Source: Haplodiscus bocki (taxonomy: Eukaryota). Taken from it: DNA of 64,000 bases. Below are positions 1 to 13,099 of this stretch, piece after piece. A program made the translations under genes and the position numbers. Each line of letters starts with the position of its first letter. The first letter of the stretch is position 1. The notes beneath the pieces were generated by a model. That model was not told where the DNA came from and searched no databases. It saw only the letters and a list, made by a program, of their open reading frames with translations. The stretch is from the NCBI GenBank assembly GCA_965655095.1, contig OZ296651.1:12524001-12588000 (forward strand). Reading direction: 5' to 3'.

Positions 1-1699
1 GGATTGGAAATAGTTGTAAGACGCCTTGCCACCCTGAAGCTAATGCAAGGATTGAAAACACGAAAAAACCCTGGATGAAAGCATCCCTAAGTAAATGGAT
101 GACCATCAGCTTGAGTGAAAATGTATCTCCAAGTAGCATTGATGGCTCATCGCTCTTTTTCTTATACATTGACAAGGAATCGTTTTCGTACTCAGTGTTA
201 GGAATACCTCTTCGAGTGCCGTTGGATTGTTTATGCGAGAGACGTCACTCAAAATTTTTTCAGACACCTAGGGATTTCAATCCCAAACACCGGATTTGCC
301 TAGAGATTTACTAGGAATGCAGTGCTGATGTTCGTACATACAGTGAACGAGAGCGTTTTTTCGTATTCTTTTCAATCATTAAGATAAGACAAACGAGGAA
401 ACTCACTTCAATTCGAATTTTACCATGCGCAGTTATCAATACAAGCAAAAACATGAAATTTTGCGTGTGTCAAGAAGTAACAGGAAAGGATCAAGAAGTG
501 CGTTCTGATAAAAGATTCAAAAGTACTAACCACAGAGAGAGATTTTTTTGGGAATGCAAAACATTACCACGACTGGAAGAAAAGAGGCGAATTGGCTACT
601 TGGGTGGGCGACTGTCGGTTTTTTTGAACCCGAGGCTGAAGAAATGATAGTTCCAGGCCATGCAAAACACAAGGTGTCAGCAGACGGAGGCAAATTCTTG
701 CAGCCACTCATTACATCAGTGAGAAAGATTGTCCATACTAAGGGTTGAGTGAAAAATAGGGAAGCAACAAAGATTCATGTTTTGCCAAAGTAAAAGTGTA
801 AAAATCTGAAACATCTACTGCAGGTGCCAAAAAGCCCGTACGGAAGAAAACTAGACAAAAGCTTGAACTGCAGCTTGGGAAAAACACCCCTATACGTTCG
901 GTTTTCAGGAACATTTCCGACTTCTCCGTTGTGAATGAGGACGTTGGAATTACCGCAAGAGGGAGTCTCGAACAATCAGGCTAAGCCTTTAAACAAATTG
1001 ACTTGCATTTCGTTTTTCTCCTGCAAGTTAGCATTAAGCGGGGAACCTAGGACACTGAGACTTGATTCAGACCACTGGTAACAAACTCAGTGAAGTTGAG
1101 CATCCAGCAGCTCCACTGTCGATCCTCCAGGGTCAGTATATGATTAGTCGAGACAACACTCCTTCTTCAGGAAATTAAATTTGAAGTACAAATGAGACTC
1201 TAGAAATAGAAAGCCTCATTCACTGTTGAACAAACAATCAACGCATCAGATGACAGACTTTATTTGCACCAAGAGGAAAAAAAACTTTTAACGTTTTGTT
1301 TGATACAAGTTGAAGAAGTCTGTGCGTCATTGTCGGCAGGCGAAAACAGACACCAGATTTGCAAAAAAAAACCTTTAATCAAATTTGGCCAAAAAAACGA
1401 AGTGGAGCACGTGAAGATCGAAATGGCTGTAATTTCGATTACTCAGATATCTTCATGAAAGCAGAAGAACCTGGGACAGAACCTGGAACAGGACTCCACA
1501 CCCGTGGGGCGGATCACGATCACACCACTATAAGATAGAATTGACATAGCTATGTTAACCACCAAGGGAGACTGATAATAGGTTTGCAGCCTACCAAACA
1601 ATTCCACGCGGAGGAGTTTTTTCTACTTGGCAAGATGTTTTTGGAGTTGAAGATTCGAGACTCGGTTTGTTGAAAGATTTGCGAAACATTTTAGTGTCT

Positions 1700-4400
1700 T
1701 TAACTCAAAACGCAACCAATTGTGTCATGTCAAAACGTTGACATATTTTGATGGGAACGACGAAAAAAATCAAGGGTAAGAAGGCAGCCTACTAGCAGGA
1801 ATCCTCAGTTCAAGACGCAAAAAACATTTTGCCGTCAATATCAACCTGTTTTTCAATGTTTGCTTTAAACCTGTTTCTCCGAAGAAGTTTTTGAAAGTGT
1901 ATGTCGACTCCTGTTACTGAATGTACCAAAAGAAGCTGGATACTTTTCGCTGGGCATTGATCATGTGACGTCGGGTTGAACTTATCTCTGCTCTCAGTCT
2001 GCAAAAGATGAAAGACATTTGGATAAAAAGACTTTCCATAAAAGCCAATTCGAGCATTTAGGACTTCAAATCAAGCTCTATTTTATTTTTTTTTCAGAAA
2101 GTGCCGTCTGGCGAGTGAGAACTGAGAGTAAACGTAAAAGAGGGCAAATTGAGTTGTTTATATTCACAGCTGTGGGAAAACAGAAGTTAGCATGGCAAAA
2201 TAACTCTGCAGTGAAGAAATACTGGTTCAACCAGACAACGGCAAGGATTCAGTGTAAGTTTTCAGGGACCCCATCACGAAACTTGTTCGTTGAAAGTAAC
2301 AGTGACTGATTGCAACCCTTTGTAACTGAACGTAAAAGACTTTTATTTGGCACATGAGTTACTTATGGTAAAAAACGTCATAGTAAAACGAGCGATAACC
2401 TTCAACGAAGCGCGGCGAGAAAAAATACCACGCCAGTTCATTAGTTTGACAGCGAACATATCGTTTAAAACTGAGGTTCGTTGGAGGAGAAGTCGAGAAA
2501 GGACGTTCAAGCATTGTGAAACGACTTTTCTGAAAGAGGGGGGTTACCGGGTTCCACAGGGCTAATGATTTCATGAGCAATATTCGGACGTCAATGTCCT
2601 ACATATGCAGTCGAATTTCAGCTGCACTAGTTAAAACTGCTTTGAAACAGTCGAAATTTATTTTTGCCCTGGTGAACTGCCAGAGGTTTTGGTTCAACAA
2701 TCTAATTTCCACGTTGCCAGGTCTCCTTCTACGCTTTCTGATTAAAACTTCCTTGATCTTTGAACTCAAACATTTGGGAATTGAGAACGCTTCGATACAC
2801 AAACCTTGAATACGTTTCCTGACTATGATGACAATCTGCAAAATCCCGATTGTTTAGGCGGGAGTAACTGTACACGGGAGAAAATATTCGTTAAGGAGAC
2901 CGCAAATCGTCAGAGTGGCTGCATGCAAAGTTTAAACAAACCAATTGGCAGAGTAAAAGGAATGCATTTGCAAAACCTTTGTAAAATAAATATTTTGGAG
3001 AGCTTTGTATGTTCAAAACTGACTGATGAACGAATGAGTACGACCGAAATTTGCGTGGTCTCCATCAAAACAAATCGGAAGTGGCACCAGGACTTTACAG
3101 GGTAGGAGAAATCATTTCCGAACCTTGGATAATGAGTCCAGAACTTAATCTCAGTAGGACTCACACTAAACCGAGTGCTGTTCTCGTCCCATCCAACAGG
3201 CCAGGACTCGACATGAAAAGGAGCTGTTCAAAATTAAACACAATTCAACAGGAGATCAAACAACGTTCGCAGAAGCATACATCAATAAATGTAACCACAA
3301 CCACGCGCGCCAAAATCACGAAGTCAAGGTCACTGTGAGGGTCAAACGCAAAAGAAAAAAGCGATTGAGCACGGATTTAGACAAACAGTGCCATTAGGCA
3401 GAGAATGAAAGTAATAAGGATTGGCTATCAGAGAAACTAGTTTCTGCAAGACAAAAAAGGTAAAAACAACGTTTGAAAGCTCTATGAGAGTCAAACCAAA
3501 CTGTTGCTTAGACAACCCTAACAAACTAAAAAAAAAGTTGGCTGATTTGACTTTTTGCATGTCGGGGCTCATGAAAATCATTTCAAAACCATCCACCAGA
3601 CCTATGCGATTTCAAATGATGAAAAATTGAGAAAGTTTTATGAAGAACGGGCCCCGATGAGGTTAATCAGGAGCTCTCGAAAAGAAGTATATTGACTGAG
3701 TAGTGAAGTTGTGTTACTATCAACCTGGAACGAAACAAAGCTATGCGGGAGTCTTCGAATGTAGATAACCATAAGAACTGTGGATTTTCCAAATTCGAAT
3801 GAAACGTTGGTTTCTTTTTTCCGCGGCGAACAATAATTCAGAAACTGTAACTGAGAAACATAAAAAACAGTCGGGTTCCACAGTTTTGTTCCTTGCAAAC
3901 CGTTCCACTTTACAGTACTAAAACTGAGTGGCATTCTTCAAATGTTAACAATGAGCTGCCAACAATACCAAAATTGCTGGTGCAGTGTATCTTACAATGC
4001 TTGAGCTTACTGTTGTTTTAAAAACCCCTCTCGCATACGGAAACACAGCAAACTACGTCTCTACATCTAACCCATAAAACCTTGCAGTCGAATCAGAGTG
4101 TAAGTCAGCAGTGTTCTTTGTGGATGGGACTCTCACCAAGACCTGCGATGTTGCTGCTCCTGAATAACTCCATCGATTGTCAATGGTAAAGAGGCCTCAT
4201 ATAGAAAAAGAAAATCTTGTTGCCATCCGCGACCAAAATGGAAGCAGGAGCTTGTTTTTTCGGCTGGAAGCCACCAGACAACAAGCTTTGCGCCTTCAGT
4301 GGAAGTTGGATAAAATGATTTGGCAGTTGCAGCTGTGGAAATACCCGGTCGACCATTGCCAGCTTAACTTCGAAAGGCAGCAAAGACCAACTTGAAATCG
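1700..4400 (-). mobile_element. Possible highly decayed CACTA/EnSpm(CMC)-like DNA transposon (transposase remnants)
   Basis: Broken minus-strand peptides occur in the order expected for animal CMC transposases: 'VQLLPPK' (~2870), 'FVEG' (HD..EG-like, ORF 2359-2580), 'ALSEK...NWLLW' (~2040-2110) and 'LRFELK' (MRFExK-like, ~1705). There are many stops and frameshifts, and no termini were found. Confidence 0.3.
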
Positions 4401-5478
4401 AAAAAATAATGGGAAGTTTTGAAGCAGATTACGTCTGAGACATGTCAAAACCTGAAAATTGCTCGAAACCTTAAAGTGGGGAAAAAACCTGAAATTTGAA
4501 ACTTGAATGCTGCTCAAAAATTTGTAAGTCCAACTTAACATCGTTATGATGATCAGTCATGAGCTGCAACGTCGGTCGGAACCTACAAAATTTGGACAAA
4601 AACTGGACCTGTTCAGGCAATGGAATGTGCCAGAGGACGCCCTTGGAAACGAAATTGGAGATTCAATGAATTGGATCTGCTCTGTCACCCAGACACGTGT
4701 AGGACCCAAGAGGAATAGCGAGACCATAGTACTTTTGAAAACAAAAACGGCCGGAAAACGTGCGATTGTGGTGAAGGATAACAAGAAGCAGAAGGTTTAT
4801 GTGGTTTGAAGTTATTAGTAATAACAACTACCTCTTCCGGAAAAAAATATCGAAAAAAAACCGTTTCATCACTAGATAATTTTCGACGGTCTTCGCTTTT
4901 TTTCTGAAGATCTGAAAAACATTCTAGTCGTGACAACGGTAATCCATTCCGTTCTCATCCAAGCTCGTCCATCAGTTTTCAATCTCCAAAAAAATGCCGT
5001 GGGTGTAAAATCACTTCATTTTCTCCAGCTTTACAAAAACGGTCATCTTACGACTGTCCGACACAAAATCTTGTCAAATCCGAATGACTGACTTTTTCAA
5101 CAAGATCATTGTCCCGTTCAGGAACGAAAACAAAACTTCGAACTATGCGTTAGTAAATCTTTCCCGTATAGAAAAGCAGCACATTCCTAGCCCTTTCCAT
5201 TTAGAATTAAAGAAAAGAAACGCTCAGTGCCAACATTTTGACGCAAACTTGCCAATTTATATCGTCTTCGGAATGTTCAAGTCCGGCAAATGGACCAAAA
5301 CGTTTGTTTCGAATTTTTTTACTACCAGTTTTTTTGCAGTTTTGCTTTGAAATGGAACTGAATTGTAAGGTTTCAAAACGTTGGAAATCTGAGTCTGTTT
5401 CAGTTATGATGAGAAACGTTTTTCAAAGTTTCATATTGCATTTGCTGTCTGCGAGGAACTGCTTCTGCTACTCGAGAG

Positions 5479-6487
5479 ATGGGAAGGAGAAATGGGATAG
5501 TTTCAGATGGTGGCTCAACCATTTGCAAGGTAAGCGATACTAACATTGTTACGGGTAAAAAATACTCATTTGTTTGCAACATGTGCACTCATTGGTTTCA
5601 CGGGGGATGTGTCAAACCGTCTGAACGGCAATTCGATATCGCCACTGGCATAGTTGGATGCAAATGGCTATGTGCTTCTTGTCCACCCTCGGTCATTTTG
5701 AAACCATACGAAGGAAAACAGAACGATTTTCCTCAGGATGTGATTAACCTCGAAACTAAGATTTGTTCCGTTTAAACTTCGCTCAGAGAAGAACAAAATC
5801 TTTGTTTTCAACCGTTTCCTTTGCCAAAAAATACAAAAAACCACATTCACTATTAAAATGAAGTTTGATACTTTCTAAAGAATGCTCTTCAATGTTTAGA
5901 ACATACAATAAAAGTTCCAATCGTTAAGTATGCGACAGAAAAAAGATTTCAATCGATTCCTTTTCTCATCGAAGTTGAAAATTGTGTCACGGCAAAAACA
6001 AAAAAAATGTACTCTTCCACAATGCTAAAAACTGTTCCAAAGTGAACAGGAGAATGGAAGATACTTATTTTGGAAACCCTACAAAAACTGCACTTGGAGA
6101 AACACCCAAGGAAACTAATCGGAATATTCAAGGACCTTGCTACTGATTTTACTGATCAAAAACTGAAAAAAGAACTGAGAAGCGAAGCACTGAGCCGTTA
6201 TCAAAGGAAGGTTCGCCATCTCCCTGTATTTGAACTAGTGTTTGAATCAGAATCTGAAAACGAACTTCTCGTTTCTCCTGGAATAAATATTTCCAACATC
6301 CATTTCAAAGTTGAAGCTTAAGATACCGAATTGATATTTTACCATTTTCTACTTCTCAAAACTGGAGAAATCATGTTATCATGTTTTCTAAATGTGCAAA
6401 CGGAAACGTATTTGTGCTATCTGTGGCTATGATTCTCTTCCCAGATCTCACTATGACTATATTTGCCTATGTTCACTTAGGTAAAAA
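5479..6487 (+). pseudogene. Non-LTR retrotransposon ORF1 (PHD finger + gag-like PRE_C2HC + zinc knuckles), 5' part
   Basis: ORF 5479-5775 has a PHD pattern (C..S...CNMCTHWFHGGC...WLCASC). ORF 6070-6321 'IGIFKDL...FELVFES...GINISNIHFKVEA' is gag-like. It is followed by the knuckle remnant 'CKRKRICAICGYD' (~6395-6435). Confidence 0.65.
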
Positions 6488-6830
6488 AAGTTAGAAAGTA
6501 AATGCGGTCAGCTGAGGAGGAGGTAGAATACCCTCCCGTGTAATTAGATAGGATATAGATCTTGGCTCCCGAGTTGGGTCTTCCACTTTTGTATAAGAAT
6601 AGGCTGTATTTCGGTAATCTGTCAAGATGGGAGGTCGGAGTCAACGTTTTCAAGTATGGAATGTACAAAAATAGGAACTCGATTCATTGTATGAAAATAA
6701 GGGAAAAGTAATAAGTTAGAGGCCCGTCCATGTTAGGTTAAGATAGAGAGCCGAGTCTGGTTAGTGTTCATTTTCGCCACGGTGAGACTTTTCCGAAGAA
6801 AGTTTTTTGGAAATTTCTCCAGTGCTCCAG
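6488..6830. repeat. Left terminal inverted repeat of the Polinton-like element
   Basis: 6532-6592 matches the reverse complement of 29184-29244 at 43/61 positions without gaps (hand count). 6700-6800 also aligns with the reverse complement of ~28965-29055. Confidence 0.75.
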
Positions 6831-6934
6831 CGGAAATTTTTTACATCGTGGACTATTTATGGCGCTTGCAGATAACGATTGACGCTTTTGGGCATTGTTG
6901 CGACACAATTCGACTTAATAAAACTGTATCAATA

Positions 6935-7244
6935 TATTACATTGTTAATTCAAAAGTACATGACTGTAAAGGATGTGACTGTATTAGTTCTGGAACCATG
7001 TGCTTGAAATGTTGCTCGATGAAATTGTGCAATTCACCTCCGAGTTAGTCTGCAAAATAAAATTGGTAATGAGAGTTTACAATCATTTTTCAATGCTCAT
7101 CCTGCATTTTGCTAGATTGTGTATTTTAATAACAAAGTGTTCTTTAGGAAGAATTGAAACAGAGTTCGAAGGCAATCAACCACGGTAACTATAAATAAGT
7201 TGACGGATACGATTGATCTTCTGCTGGAGAGCAACGTTGCCCAT
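6935..7244 (-). pseudogene. Adenain-like (adenoviral-type) cysteine protease remnant
   Basis: Reads 'MGNVALQQKINRI...YRG*LPSN...MQDEH*KMIVNSHYQFYFAD*LG...LIQSHP', matching GEHW / YFADSLG / Q motifs. The segment with the catalytic Cys appears deleted. ATG at 7244 abuts the end of the capsid gene. Confidence 0.7.
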
Positions 7245-8595
7245 CTAAAGTTTTCTTTCCAGCATTCCCAAACTTGTCAACCTCAACCAAAGCTATTAGC
7301 ACTGTATTACAATGAGATCATTAGCGTGTTCCAGAGGTTAAGTAAAGTTTAGCTCCACTCTAGGTGGTTCACTAACTAGTTCTGAGTAATGAAAAATTTT
7401 CGTAACATCTTGTGTTGAAGTCAGATCAAACACTAGTACGTCTTGGTCTTAGTAATTATCAATCGGAAAGAATGGATACCTTCTTGAAAGTTCATTGTTT
7501 TCATTGTCGTAACATACAAGATACAAATAGTGGCAGCATCACAGTATACAAAACGCTCAACACTATTGAAAATTTTATTCAGTCTGAGAGCACAATTACT
7601 TATACCAGAAAAAATTTACCGCGTACGATCCAATGAAGGCAGTGTTTGTCTTCATTGCAATAGCAATCCCAGGAACTAGAGCATGGTTGAAAAAGTTTTC
7701 GTTGAAAAAATGGTTTTGTGTGGCAGGATGTATCAAAGTTTTTGCTGGAGTTTCCAGGTAATTGAAATTCATGGAAACATATGCAGGCATATCCATCCCC
7801 TTTTTGTGGTTCTCTGCCTTGACGGCAATATGACGAAAGTAAAGCGAAGAATCAACAATTACAGAAGTAACGTTGGGAATTTCGCTAATCAATTAAACTT
7901 AGGTCCTGCTCTGCTTAGTCGTAGCCTAACTTTCATAGTTCGACATAGCAAATCCAAATGGAAGGAAAAGTCACTTCTCAAATTACCATGAAACATGAAG
8001 CCATCGGGTCTAATTTGAATATTCATTCTCCTTGTAAAAAAAGAGTTAGACAAAAAAATCTCCGCAGTATCTTCCAGAATTTCAACATGCTCTGAAAAAT
8101 TCCAGTACAGAACTTCCTTGTATTCAAGGGTGGCTCCCTTGAAGTTCCGATTTTTTAAGGTTTGAGCACACAATCTATCGTAGTTGTATTATTGCTGAAT
8201 GTTGATGTACACTTCAACATAAGAAGAAACTGAATGCAACATGTTGTATACATGAGGGAACGGCGGAATTGAAGTGTCTGCCTCCCATTCCTCTGTTTTT
8301 CCTTCTGCAGTCTCTTTTCACTCTTACTTGTGCTCTTTTTTAACTTTGTTGATATTGTAAATTATGTAACCGCCACCACACATCAATTTTAGTTTCCAAT
8401 TCAAAAAAGATTGCCTCAAATCACAGTAATTGTTCCGATCCGTTTGAACTTCGAGCTCTATGCGGTTTTTTTGAGTGAGGTAGTAGGAAGTTTTTCTTAT
8501 CCATCGTACAACGAGACATCGTCAACTACTGGGATTGTCCCTCCAAGATTTCAGGGAACTGCCACAAAAAGTTGGCAGCGAAACTTTTTCGACAT
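7245..8595 (-). pseudogene. Polinton double-jelly-roll major capsid protein remnant
   Basis: Fragments include 'QTDRNNYCDLRQSF', 'LHSVSSYVEVYIN', 'GNLRSDFSFHLDLL..MKVRLRLSRAGPKF' (ORF 7889-8173), 'NENFFNHALVPGIAIAMKTNTAFIGSYAVNFFWY' (ORF 7596-7892) and 'VLVFDLTS...PRVELNFT*PL'. These match Maverick MCP motifs. Confidence 0.8.
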
Positions 8596-8599
8596 GATC

Positions 8600-9005
8600 A
8601 ATGGCAAAAGTTTATGAAAATGTTTCTACGCTACCAAACAAATTGTTTAGCAGATTTTGTTGGAATGGCTCTGCTCGCCTGTTCTTCTGCTGTGCGCCTG
8701 GGGCTCCCTTCCAAGGCTGTTTTCCGCGTGCAACTACCATTACCCAACTGTTTTCTCAGAGTTTGTCGTCCCACATTCTTTACAGCTGCCTTGCAGTATT
8801 TGTACCCTCAACATTCAGTGCAATGTCTGGCACAGCAAAATCTGACAAGACAGCACCCACACGTTTAACACTCGGAACGAAATAAGTGCGCAGAAAGTGA
8901 ACTGTGCTCCTAAAAAGAACTTGTTCAGGTGCACCAAATCATTTCTATATTGTCGACCAAACGCTCTAGAGATTAGATTCTCTACTCATTTTGATGGAAC
9001 GATGA
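8600..9005 (-). pseudogene. Small basic putative virion core protein (Polinton pVII/pX-like) remnant
   Basis: '...VPSVKRVGAVLSDFAVPDIA...KNVGRQTLRKQLGNG...'. Short and K/R-rich, and lies between the minor and major capsid genes as in Mavericks. Confidence 0.45.
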
Positions 9006-9021
9006 TGCTGCTTCTGCTATA

Positions 9022-9330
9022 TTAGAAGTGATTGTTGGAGACTTTTTCAAATATAACAGCAAGAGGAAATATAGCGAAAAAAGGACACTCTTCTGCACTC
9101 GTATCTTTCATCTCGAAACGAACACTATGGAAAAAATTTTTGAGCAGCCGTCCAAGATGTAGGTTATTAAATGTCTGGTAGCTCTTGTACTGTCCAGTGG
9201 TTATATTGTCCCCAGCTTTCATTTTTGAAATAAAGTAAACGAACTCTAATAATCTGGTTTTTGACATCCTTTTTCTCTCAACATCACCCCAGACCCATTG
9301 GCAACATTACTTCTAATATCCAACTCATAA
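9022..9330 (-). pseudogene. Polinton minor capsid (penton) protein, C-terminal fragment
   Basis: ORF 9022-9267 'RLLE...YQTFNNLHLGRLLKNFFHSVRFEMKDTSAEECPF...F' fits the mCP C-terminal pattern (Y.P+...F..I.I.L.D..G..+PF). Confidence 0.65.
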
Positions 9331-9650
9331 AATTTTTTGTTTTTGTTTCTTTTGCATCTACGGTTCCATCAGACTAGTTTTGACAAAATAGTCAAGACAT
9401 TACATTGTCCTTATCTTTTGCTTTTTTATGATTATTTGCCAGATCCATGCACCAAATTTGGCTTTTGAATAGAGCAAATGCTTTCATTTTCCTATATTTA
9501 CTCCGGGCCAGGACGAATTTTGTGTGAGGAATCCTCGAACGTGAAATCGGTTTTGCCTTGGCTACCACTAGTTTAGTACTTTTCAATGAAAAGTGCACAG
9601 GCTCACAAGCTGGACGACCGGTGATTACACTCTTTGCTGCGTCCACCGCT
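9330..9650 (-). pseudogene. Polinton retroviral-like (rve) integrase, N-terminal fragment
   Basis: ORF 9392-9646 'TKFVLARSKYRKMKAFALFKSQIWCMDLA...' then 'TVDAK..KTK'. The first catalytic Asp motif (W..DL) is present; the rest of the core is missing. Confidence 0.7.
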
Positions 9651-10379
9651 CAAGTTTTGCAAGTTACACAATTTCCATCCTCTTCAGGCTTGGCAATTTG
9701 GTTCAAAATCAGAATTGGACGTGAAGCAACAGGGTCACGTGATGTGAAGAAAACGTCTGAAACTACTGTGTATTTGGACCGCATTCTCAAGCAAAGCAAG
9801 ACGCCCGAGCTCCAATATATACACCCCCTAAATCAAATGATTGTGAATTTGAAAGCTTAATACGAGAACAAGACAAAAATGTATTTACTGATGAATCAGC
9901 TCTGGCAAAAATTTTTTTGCTCTTTTATCTTTTTGAGCGATTGAAATTGTACGTGGGATTATACACAGCTTGATCCTTTGAAAGTTCCTGCTTGGTAATT
10001 TTTGGGTTTTCCAAACTCTTGTTGTACAAAAAAACATATACGAAATCAAACTGCTCCATCTGGATATAAAGGGTTAATGACATGAAGAATAAAGACTTTT
10101 ATCAGCTGTAACCCTTTTTAGGGCGCCAAAACCTTTGGCTTCCACTTTGTTTTCTTAAATAGGGCAATCGAATTTCGTTTTGGAATTCTGTCGCCTGATA
10201 TTTTTTATCTATTGCATGTTTCCAATGAGCAGATATACTATGCAACTGCAGATAGACCTGATAAACCCTTTTGATCATAACTGAAGCAAATGATTCCTTC
10301 ATTTGTCGGGTAGTGATTGCAACACTTGGAGAATACAGAGAATAAGTTTGTTCATCGTCCAAAGACTTAAAAAGTTTCA

Positions 10380-11017
10380 ATCGTTCGGGGATACAAGGTT
10401 TTTAGGAAATGGACCCAGTTTCTGTACAGTAACCGAGTCGACAGTCTGTTCGTGACGAGAAGTCAAAGAATAACTGACCGTAGTGAACAGATGCTGCGCC
10501 TCGATACCAGTTAACTAGCGCTAATTTGACTCCCAACTGTGCACATAATGTATCGACTTGCATCATTTCACGGGTAGATATGAAAAAAAAATGTGCGTGA
10601 TTTGAAGCAATACGTCTCGCCAAGGTTTGTTTTGACGAAACAAGTTTTTTTCAAGTTGTATAGTACTCAATCCAAATTATCATCCAGGAGTATCATTCCC
10701 AAGAAGTGCTTTTGAAGTGCAACTCTATTCATGTGAATTGTTTATGATCAACAAGTAGTTTGCACTTTTGTACCATCGTTTTTCAGCAAATCGTTAATTT
10801 CAAAATTTACAAAATGATCAAACCCGAGCTTTTCAACCTCTTTCAGCATAATATCTTGATGCGGTTAGCGATGTTGATCAAAAGGATAAAATTTGTTAAA
10901 TTTTGTTCGGAATCTTCCAATTTTCTGCCAGCTGTAAGTAAAATGTGTCTTTCCCGTCTCGGAGGTAACGAACAATGAAATAAAGACGTCTTTTTTTCCA
11001 GAGAAGAATTCGGTCAT
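10380..11017 (-). pseudogene. A32-like FtsK/HerA DNA-packaging ATPase remnant
   Basis: Walker A-like 'ISLFVTSETGKT' (~10950) and a degenerate Walker B 'YLLIINNS'. C-terminus reads 'STREMMQVDTLCAQLG...WYRGAASVHYGQLFFDFSSRTDCRLGYCT' (ORF 10402-10623). Confidence 0.75.
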
Positions 11018-11383
11018 AGTCTTGGTGAGGTTAAAATGTTTGCTTATACATTACACAAAATTCCATACTAAACAACTGATTCCTCACAAGTTTTTGAACG
11101 ATGAATTTTCCAGAAGCCACCGAAACTTTGCAACAAAATGACAAAATTTCAGACAATAAAGAGAGTCAACGACATGGAACAGATTTGTCTCAAAAAAGAC
11201 CACGCGTTCCGCCCTCTTGATTGTTGTCGTAAAAGATATATTTGCCTATGCTTCCTTTACCTTCTTGATCAGTGATCTAAATTCTACGCTCAACTACTCA
11301 CTACGGGATCGCGGAAAAAAATTGACTCATTCAGAAAGATTCGATTACATAAAAAATGACAATACATTTCACAAAACAGAAAA

Positions 11384-11834
11384 CTACAACTTCAAATGGC
11401 TCAATTTCCAGTAACAAGCATTTTTCCATGCGCTCTGCACAGAAAGGTTGGGTTCATGTGTTTGAAAAAGTAACTCAAGGAAATCCACATTTCGTCAACT
11501 GTTTTTAGTCAACAAGGTATCACATCTTGATACAGTCTTTTAGTTTTTAAATTTTTCACCTATATACCCATCAAATTGCAAAGAGTCTTGTTTTTTTGTC
11601 TCTCTTTTGCAAAGCGTTCACCTTTTACTTTTGTAGGAAAAACGTTGAGAAGCTCAAGGTAATCCGAACATCCATCGCTACACACAATTCCGTAAAACAA
11701 ATTGCTTCCTTTATGGGCTGGAATATCTTTGGAGGACAAAATGGGTATCCTTAACGTTTCTCATCAATAAATCTTGTAATTCCTTCAAAAGGTTTTTATC
11801 CGGCAAGCTCAAAATTCACTACATTGCGTGACAT
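11384..11834 (-). pseudogene. Polinton accessory ORF remnant, possibly DEDD exonuclease-like
   Basis: 'MSRNVVNFELA..LLKE...FCPPK...GIVCSDG..DY...FAK...CAER' resembles the D.E / HGI.W..G / HCA pattern. It is frameshifted, and the function is inferred. Confidence 0.35.
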
Positions 11835-13099
11835 ACTGCTTCAAAGTTCAATAAAATTGAAATTGGAAGTAAAAAAAAACAGATTTACGTGAAGACAAAA
11901 AGGAAGTCCAGTCACCTTACCAAGGAAAAATGAATTTGCTCCTGGTACAATCATGTAACACTAGCCAAGACCTTTACAGTTTATGATTGCTTTGCTCCCG
12001 CAATATCAAGTAATATTGTAAAAAATCTAAACTTTTGGTAGTGGCAAAATATATACTCCTAGTACGAGACACATACCCAATGACTCCACGAAAAATAAAC
12101 TTCAGTTGGAGAACGTTTACCACCCAACAACCAAAAGCACTTAAAAACAGGTTTTTGCGAACAAAAGTACGTTCAATTGACATTTTTGCTTCCGAGTAAC
12201 AACAAAAAACGCACAATAGACCCAGTAGATCCGTTCTTGATGAAAATTGATTCTTTTAGGAACAGTTGTTTCATACAGTACAAGGCACGGTTTGAAAAAT
12301 ATGCAAACGAAAATCAACAGATTATTCAGTTTTGTCAAGAGCTTTTGGTTTTTTGTCTCTTTCCGACAAAATACATTGTCCTTCAATTACAAAATATCTC
12401 GAAAACGGTACATGACAATTTTTAGTTTGTGTGTAACTTTCATAAAAATTTTACGCAGTTTCCTCGCATTATTATACTTTGTCCACTTCAGACAAAAAGT
12501 CTCTTCTTTGGGATCAATTTTCTGAATGTTTTGTGAGTGTTCCATTGCAACTACAGTTATTGTGAAGTTTTTGGGAGAACTTTTTGGATTTAGTACAACA
12601 TGATAAAGTCCAGTTTTAGTTTCAACCTGGGCGACAGGTTTTAATTATCTTCTTTGGTTCAAATCAACGTGATTCAAATAGAAAGAAAAGTGATGAAGGA
12701 TATCAAGTTTTTTTAACAGAACATTAAAGATGGACTGACTAGCAACAGTTTGATCATATACATATCTCAATGCATCAACTAGATAGATAAACTCATGAAG
12801 TTTGTAAGTTTAAATTGTCTGTATCACTCTACAAATTTACACACACATTTTCCTTTGATTATATTTTGTCCGTTTTAGGCAAGAGTTTTCTTCTTTGGTA
12901 CCCGTCTTTCCAACGTCTTGTAATTTGCTAATTTCACTACAGTTATTGTAAATTGGTCGGTAGAAGCTTTGGAGATGTAATTACAACTTGATAAGGTCCG
13001 ATTTCTGATACGAGCTTTAGAAATAGTTTTTATTTAACTCGAATGTTCCGACTTAACCTAACTCGACTAAAAAAAACGATAACAGGTAAATGGTTGCAA

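Noticed and set aside
5479-5775. PHD finger as a host chromatin gene
   Set aside because: It is followed by gag-like and zinc-knuckle remnants with stops, so it is better explained as LINE ORF1 (likewise 35197-35418).
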